Virus record (IMG/VR): IMGVR_UViG_2061766007_000148
Origin: an uncultured virus (IMG/VR IMGVR_UViG_2061766007_000148)
Lineage: Duplodnaviria; Heunggongvirae; Uroviricota; Caudoviricetes
Strand: one strand, 5' to 3'
Length of the DNA stretch: 64,000 nt
Under the pieces are notes generated by a model, which saw nothing but the letters and a program-made list of their open reading frames with translations, did not search any database and was not told the origin of the DNA. The stretch's first letter is position 1. Every line of letters starts with the position of its first letter. Below are positions 58,456-64,000 of this stretch, one piece after another. A program made the translations under genes and the position numbers.

Positions 58456-58635
58456 ATGACCTCTAACTTACTTTTTCAGAGCAATCTTATTTTAACGGAA
58501 ATATCTCCGTATTCAGGTTTACAGGATACAATCGAAAACACGGTAACATCGGGTTTCGGATTGTTCGGAATTCTTATTCTCGTATTGATAATTGCTGTAA
58601 TACTTGCGGTATTCAGTAAATTTAAGGCGGGGTGA
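58456..58635 (+). CDS. 59-aa capsid-protein paralogue (putative minor capsid protein)
   Basis: MTSNLLFQSNLILTEISPYSGLQDTIENTVTSGFGLFGILILVLIIAVILAVFSKFKAG aligns to the MCP C-half; GAGGT RBS; not in the track. Confidence 0.65.
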   Translation: MTSNLLFQSNLILTEISPYSGLQDTIENTVTSGFGLFGILILVLIIAVILAVFSKFKAG

Positions 58636-58639
58636 GAAG

Positions 58640-59146
58640 ATGTATTCCAAATTCGCAACACGGATAACAATTGCTTTTCTCATCGTGTTGACGGTATTTA
58701 TGATATCCCCCGCATCCGGGGAAGATGTCGGCAAGAGTATTCCGTGGGATGTGAAATTCAGTCAGCAACCCGTATTCAACTTGGGAAATGACTCGGTTCA
58801 CGTCTCAATGCTGTCATGGTGGGGAATTTTCGTAACCGCATTTGTGTTTTTCCTTGCATCGCTCAAGTGGACACTCAAAAACGGTTCGGATATAATTGCG
58901 ACAATAAGCACGGTAATGTTCGGATTTCTGTCAGTTACGGCATTCAACGTCCAATCTTGGTCATATGAAGTTGTCACCGTTCAGCTCAACGAGTCCGCAC
59001 AGGTCTACTTGATGCCTGTTGTGTACACTCAACCGCCATGGTTAATCTGGATAACCGTAATGATGCTCATCATCGGTGTAGTCAATGTGTACAGAATACA
59101 CATACAGAACTTGGCATCATCGGCATACTCAACCGCGGTGCGGTAA
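58640..59146 (+). CDS. signal peptide plus 3-TM membrane protein
   Basis: paralogue of 30027-30533. Confidence 0.8.
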   Translation: MYSKFATRITIAFLIVLTVFMISPASGEDVGKSIPWDVKFSQQPVFNLGNDSVHVSMLSWWGIFVTAFVFFLASLKWTLKNGSDIIATISTVMFGFLSVTAFNVQSWSYEVVTVQLNESAQVYLMPVVYTQPPWLIWITVMMLIIGVVNVYRIHIQNLASSAYSTAVR

Positions 59147-59176
59147 AACACCGAAATAAGATAAAGGGGGAATATA

Positions 59177-59860
59177 ATGAGAAATTTATTACTTGATGAA
59201 GAATCGGGGAACATCTTCATGGAAGACGGCACATGCCTCGGTTCAATAAATGATTTGTTAAACCGCGGGGGAACACCCGACGACGATTACGGCGAACAGC
59301 CCGATATGGGGGGATATGCAGACGATGCCGCACCCGACATGCCTGACATGCCCGAAGATGCCGATGACGGAGATATGCCGGACATGTCGGATATGCCCGA
59401 TATGTCGGATGACATGTCCCCGACACCTTACGGCGGAAGTGAGGGGCTGAGTGAAACGCTCATCAAGAAAGAAACGACTTTCACACTGCCGGCATCCAAG
59501 AAGTATATTCAGGACGCACTTTGGATAATGTTTGAAGGGGGAATTCACCAGACCATGACGAACACATCCAACGTCGAACAGCAGAAAAAAGCCATGGACT
59601 TGATGCACGCATCCATTATCGCGTCACTTGCGGACAGCAGGGTAGCGCGCGAAATGTCACCCACAGATTACATCCAATTGCATCATTGGGCGCGCAACCT
59701 CATAGCGAGGAGCACAACCTATGAAGGCGACGGATTAAGAGATGCAACCATCCTCGGCAGAACACTCAACCCCGGTGTCGTAGATGCCTTAAGGAGTGTC
59801 CCCGAAGAGAAAAAATCAAGTAAGTCCGGAGGATTTTTCAGTTTCCTGAAGAGGAATTAA
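59177..59860 (+). CDS. acidic PDM-repeat protein
   Basis: paralogue of 29285-29963. Confidence 0.8.
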   Translation: MRNLLLDEESGNIFMEDGTCLGSINDLLNRGGTPDDDYGEQPDMGGYADDAAPDMPDMPEDADDGDMPDMSDMPDMSDDMSPTPYGGSEGLSETLIKKETTFTLPASKKYIQDALWIMFEGGIHQTMTNTSNVEQQKKAMDLMHASIIASLADSRVAREMSPTDYIQLHHWARNLIARSTTYEGDGLRDATILGRTLNPGVVDALRSVPEEKKSSKSGGFFSFLKRN

Positions 59861-59915
59861 CCGACGGCGGACTGAATAAAAAACAAACAACACAAAATAA
59901 CAAAGGAGTCAAAAT

Positions 59916-60650
59916 ATGGCATATATCACAGTTTATGAGCAGAGCATTTTGGGAATCGGATTAAGCACGTGGGCAATAATCTTTCTGATTCTCGTAATCA
60001 TGGTCATGGGATTTGCAATGTATCTCGGATACAGCAAGTTAGGTCCGGTCGAAGGATATTTCTGGACGGCGCTATTCGGTGCGGGTGATGATAAAGATAT
60101 TGGAATTATATTCCAGAATCACCGTGTATCTTTCAAAAGGCTGAGATATTTCAGCGGAGTGTTCAGCGCACTCGGAATGACGTGGACGGCAAAAAAGACC
60201 GAACACCACTTATTCGGAGAATGTAACGCAGAACTCCTTGTAGATTACTGGGGATTGACACTTGACCCGAAAATCAACATCGCAACACTCGATTTCATAA
60301 ATGCATGGAATTCCGACGACGAACCTGAATTCATGTTTGAACCTGATTTCACGTGGTTACCGAAGAAAGCAGACCGTGCGCCGATTACAAACTTTGACAC
60401 ACTGTATGCGGCAATCGAAAAATGCCCGTCGGATGCCGAAATCCGCATGAGAGCATTCTCATATGTTCCCGTGTATGACTTGCAGAGATACTATCCGCGC
60501 AACCTCACGGCATCCGACCTGACGGGATATCAGGAAGCAATGAAAAAAGTCACCGATGAGAAAGCTCAGAGTCCGTCGACAAATTATCTGCCGATAATCT
60601 GCTTTATTGCGGGTGTTCTCCTCGGCGTGGGAATTATGTTCCTGAAATAA
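59916..60650 (+). CDS. membrane protein with terminal TMs
   Basis: paralogue of 28479-29213. Confidence 0.85.
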   Translation: MAYITVYEQSILGIGLSTWAIIFLILVIMVMGFAMYLGYSKLGPVEGYFWTALFGAGDDKDIGIIFQNHRVSFKRLRYFSGVFSALGMTWTAKKTEHHLFGECNAELLVDYWGLTLDPKINIATLDFINAWNSDDEPEFMFEPDFTWLPKKADRAPITNFDTLYAAIEKCPSDAEIRMRAFSYVPVYDLQRYYPRNLTASDLTGYQEAMKKVTDEKAQSPSTNYLPIICFIAGVLLGVGIMFLK

Positions 60651-60687
60651 AATTCACAAATACATCGTAAAACAGGAGGAATAAACA

Positions 60688-60960
60688 ATGGGAAGCGAAT
60701 TCAGATCGGTCAGCGGAGTTATAGCAACCGTAATCGGATTAACCGTAGTTATCTACGTAGGAGGAATTGTATTTTATTCGGTCTACGGCACGTTAGACTC
60801 AACATCCCTTTCTGACGTGTGGTTGACTTATTACACGGCAATCTATGATTTCTTCGGAATAGGGCTGTCCACGATGCTTTTCATCTTCATCCTGTGCATC
60901 ATCGCGCCCATACTTTGGATTTTCCTCGGTAATTCCGATGATGGGGAGGATAGAATATGA
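60688..60960 (+). CDS. small 2-TM putative virion protein
   Basis: paralogue of 28166-28438. Confidence 0.8.
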   Translation: MGSEFRSVSGVIATVIGLTVVIYVGGIVFYSVYGTLDSTSLSDVWLTYYTAIYDFFGIGLSTMLFIFILCIIAPILWIFLGNSDDGEDRI

Positions 60961-61208
60961 CATTAAGAGACGTAGCATACTCAGGAATTACCGTCGTTTT
61001 TGCGATAGCGGCGGTAATGTTCGTTTATACAGCACTTTATGATCTGGTCACGATTACACTCTATGATCTGGCTGTGAATTCGGGGGTGCCTGATTACATC
61101 ATACAGAACCTACTGCTGTGTTGGCAGTGGTTCCCGGTGCCGTTCATTATATGCTGTTTCATTTGGATGATTTACACCGCCACAATATCAGGCGGTGCAA
61201 GTTATTGA
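60957..61208 (+). CDS. small 2-TM putative virion protein
   Basis: paralogue of 27918-28169. Confidence 0.8.
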   Translation: MTLRDVAYSGITVVFAIAAVMFVYTALYDLVTITLYDLAVNSGVPDYIIQNLLLCWQWFPVPFIICCFIWMIYTATISGGASY

Positions 61209-61220
61209 AGAGGGAATATC

Positions 61221-61484
61221 ATGGGATTAATAGAGGATTGGAAGGAATTCGGTAAAACCAAAGAGGATATGAAAACCGCACTGTCAGCATATCTTGAAGG
61301 ATTGATTGGAATAACCTTTGCTTTAGGGGTTATTTCCGTCTGCAACCCTTCGGATATTTATTTAGGGATATATCTGTTTGTGCTTGAAATCCTCGGAATT
61401 TCGGGAGGATTCATGATGGTTATCGTGAAATATCTGAACGGGAAAGAACCGATGAACAACAAATACACTACAAAAACGGCATGA
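61221..61484 (+). CDS. small 2-TM protein (variable array)
   Basis: counterpart of 26397-26666. Confidence 0.7.
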   Translation: MGLIEDWKEFGKTKEDMKTALSAYLEGLIGITFALGVISVCNPSDIYLGIYLFVLEILGISGGFMMVIVKYLNGKEPMNNKYTTKTA

Positions 61485-61786
61485 TTAAATTAAGATTGAA
61501 GGGGATTACAATGAGATTACTGAATAGACCTTATAAATTGATAGATAAAGCGGATATGTTGAAATTTTTAAAAGACTGTCTCAAAATTTTGGAGATTGGC
61601 ATGGGATTTTATACAGCCGTTCATTTATTGGAATACTGTCTCGTAAATTCATTTGATTTTATGAGTTGGATTGTCGGAATGGCATTAATGTATTCAGCGT
61701 TCGTAACATCTCTGTTGGCAATGGTGATATACTATCTGTGTCAGGACGAGTTAGTCAAACCGGAAACCGCAACCGTGACGGTATAA
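61481..61786 (+). CDS. small 2-TM protein (variable array)
   Basis: 2 TMs; YLCQDE tail. Confidence 0.7.
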   Translation: MIKLRLKGITMRLLNRPYKLIDKADMLKFLKDCLKILEIGMGFYTAVHLLEYCLVNSFDFMSWIVGMALMYSAFVTSLLAMVIYYLCQDELVKPETATVTV

Positions 61787-61806
61787 TACTCAAAAGGGGG
61801 GCAATA

Positions 61807-62079
61807 ATGAAACTAAAACAGAATGTTACCAAAAAAGAACTTGTGTCGGTATTCAAAATATATATTTTGGGATGGTTGTGCTATTACATAGCGGCAATAC
61901 TCACACTTACGTTAAATTTCCATTTCAATTTCATAATCGACATCGAAAACTGGTGCCAAAACCTGTGTGTTTTGACCATGTATGGATTCATGATTACAAC
62001 AATACTGGTTATGAGTAATTTCCTATGTTATTTATGTCAGGAGAACACGACAAATGAGCGAATATGCGGGGCAGAATAA
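61807..62079 (+). CDS. small 2-TM protein (variable array)
   Basis: AAGGGGG RBS before MKLKQNVTKKEL; YLCQEN tail. Confidence 0.7.
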   Translation: MKLKQNVTKKELVSVFKIYILGWLCYYIAAILTLTLNFHFNFIIDIENWCQNLCVLTMYGFMITTILVMSNFLCYLCQENTTNERICGAE

Positions 62080-62263
62080 AATAGCAGAACTTGTATTCTG
62101 TATTATTTTATGGGTACTTCCGGCAATTGTAATGATACAGACGGTAACCGATCTCGGAATGTGCGTCTTTGCATTCACCTGTATAACAGGGATATGTTTT
62201 ACGGCAATGCAGATTATCTTGGGGGAAAAATCAAATGAAAATACTCAGCCCGAAACGATATGA
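62054..62263 (+). CDS. small 2-TM protein (variable array)
   Basis: 2 TMs. Confidence 0.6.
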   Translation: MSEYAGQNKIAELVFCIILWVLPAIVMIQTVTDLGMCVFAFTCITGICFTAMQIILGEKSNENTQPETI

Positions 62264-62405
62264 AAACATGTTTTACATAGATGACGAGGGACATCTTCAC
62301 GAGATGACCTTTGCGGATATACTCATCGACACAGTGTGTCAGGTCGGCGGCACATTCTGCGGTGCCGCACTGGTAGGAATGATATATGCCCTGATAGTTT
62401 GGTGA
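62235..62405 (+). CDS. 56-aa 1-TM protein
   Basis: GGGGGA RBS; MKILSPKRYENMFYIDDEGHLHEM...LVGMIYALIVW; not in the track. Confidence 0.55.
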   Translation: MKILSPKRYENMFYIDDEGHLHEMTFADILIDTVCQVGGTFCGAALVGMIYALIVW

Positions 62406-62409
62406 TATT

Positions 62410-64000
62410 ATGTATAAAAAAAAAGAATCAACAAAAATAACAACAACAGACAATAACTCTCTTTTTCACATCGCATTAGTCTGTATTTTGATTTTTGGCA
62501 TCGTCGGTATTGTTTCCGCGGACACATCGGTCGCATGGACAAAGGAGATCGGCGATGTCTTAGCAGCTGATATGGCTGAGGATGGGAGCATAATTTATGC
62601 GGCAATTGCTGACGGTGCGGACTCTACGCTGTATGTGTATGATTCACAGGGCACACAGCAAAACACATTCAGCATATCGGGAGCCGTTCAGGAAATTGTC
62701 TGCACAGCTGACGGGAGCAAAACGGCGCTTTATACTGATGGAAACGAGGTCTATTATATTGACGATGGGCAAATAACATGGACTGAACAGTTTACGGATA
62801 TCACGGATATTGATATCTCGGATGTCGGCAACGTGCTGATTGTAGAATCCGGCATATTTCATAAATATCTCTCAAATGGTAATCTTGATTACAATTCAAC
62901 TGCGGGCACATTTGATCTCGGAGTTATCGATCCTAATGATGATTATGCAATTGTTCAGTCAGGCACATCTAAACTTGACAAATATGTAATCACGACAACA
63001 GATGATTATTGGGCAGTTAATAATTATAATTCGTTTAATACAAATTTTGCGGATTTCCAAAACCTTTTGATTCTATATACCAATCCGGATCAGACTGAGG
63101 CAATTATACTATCAAATACAACTCTGGGAGATGAACTTTGGGAACAGGTTTATGACTATATTGCCGTTTCAGATTCATCATTGAATACAACAGGGGCATA
63201 TAATTATTTGGATACTTTAGGAGCAGTATGGACAGAACAAACAGCCTCGGCGGGATGGTCTGCAAGACAATCAGCATGTAGTTGGGTTATCGGAGATAAA
63301 TTATTTATTGGCGGCGGATCTACAGGCAGTACTTTAAATGATGTTTGGGTGTCTGAGGATTACGGTCAAACNNNNNNNNNNGAGAACAGGCAGTACTTTA
63401 AATGATGTTTGGGTGTCTGAGGATTACGGTCAAACATGGACTCAACAGACTGCCTCGGCGGGATGGTCTGCAAGACATTCAGCATGTAGTTGGGTTGTCG
63501 GAGATAAATTATTTATTGGCGGGGGNNNNNNNNNNCGGCATGTAGTTGGGTTGTCGGAGACAAATTATTTATTGGCGGCGGATCTACAGACAGTAATTTA
63601 AATGACGTTTGGGTGTCTGAGGATTTAGGTATTACATGGACTCAACAGACTGCCTCGGCGGGATGGGCGGCGCGATATGTGGCNNNNNNNNNNAAGAACA
63701 GGCAGTAATTATTTTAGGGATGTTTGGGTGTCTGAGGATTTAGGTATTACATGGACTCAACAAACAGCCTCGGCGAGATGGTCTGCAAGGCAATTAGCAT
63801 GTAGTTGGGTTGTCGGAGATAAATTATTTATTGGCGGGGGATTTTCAGGCGGTAATTTAAGAGATATTTGGGTGTCTGAGGATTTTGGTCAAACATGGAC
63901 TCAACAGACTGCCTCGGCGGGATGGGCGGCGCGATATGTGGCATGTAGTTGGGTTGTCGGAGACAAATTATTTATTGGCGGCGGATCTACAGGCAGTAAT
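62410..64000 (+). CDS. beta-propeller adhesin/spike with Kelch-like repeats (copy B), runs off the window
   Basis: signal peptide VSA-D; DTSVAWTK..GDV.AADM.EDGS colinear with the 25967 gene; frame breaks only at N gaps. Confidence 0.75.
63229..64000 (+). repeat. tandem ~144-bp Kelch-like coding repeats
   Basis: WTQQTASAGWxARxxACSWVVGDKLFIGGGxxGSxLNDVWVSEDxGxT units, nearly identical at DNA level, with three N gaps. Confidence 0.9.

Larger units (their letters stand above)
1..64000. mobile_element. archaeal virus or virus-like element (possibly spindle-shaped-virus type; possibly two co-scaffolded relatives)
   Basis: dense small ORFs, no housekeeping genes, capsid-like hairpin protein and adhesins, orphan MTase, RHH regulators, archaeal transcription signals. 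Confidence 0.7.

Noticed and set aside
63229..64000. CRISPR array or DGR template/variable repeats
   Set aside because: Units are about 144 bp, in frame and encode Kelch-like blades. Differences are not limited to adenines, and no reverse transcriptase or cas gene is visible in the window.
1..64000. Tailed-phage (HK97 capsid, terminase, portal), integrase, replication, tRNA or rRNA genes
   Set aside because: No such motifs were recognised by eye. They may lie outside the window or be too divergent; HMM and tRNAscan searches are needed.

Overview
This 64 kb window looks like a piece of a large archaeal virus or virus-like element, probably from a methanogen. Evidence: TATA-type promoters, oligo-T terminators, GGGGGA/GGTGA ribosome-binding sites, ribbon-helix-helix (RHH) regulators, a pilin/spindle-virus-type two-helix capsid-like protein, and no housekeeping genes. 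Layout: (1) 1-11.4 kb, about 30 translationally coupled minus-strand small genes, including an orphan C5 DNA methyltransferase and a helical paralogue family, headed by a divergent RHH pair. (2) 14.2-31.1 kb, a minus-strand putative virion/membrane operon: capsid-like protein, membrane proteins, a Kelch-repeat beta-propeller adhesin, and a roughly 2300-codon giant ORF with an embedded nucleotidyltransferase-like domain. (3) 31.2-53.8 kb, about 45 small, very basic proteins from a few heavily expanded paralogue families, many with Lys/Thr/Ser-rich N-terminal leaders. (4) 54-57 kb, early-type genes. (5) 58-64 kb, a second, diverged, oppositely oriented copy of the virion operon with a different adhesin repeat. 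One 26-bp promoter (TTRTAATGTATTTTTATATATTCCCT-like, 13 copies) precedes both capsid-like genes and the basic-protein cassettes, suggesting a single late regulon. Caveat: this is a gapped scaffold with near-identical duplicated or inverted segments next to N runs, so it may interleave two related genomes. All family calls come from reading motifs by eye, not from database searches.
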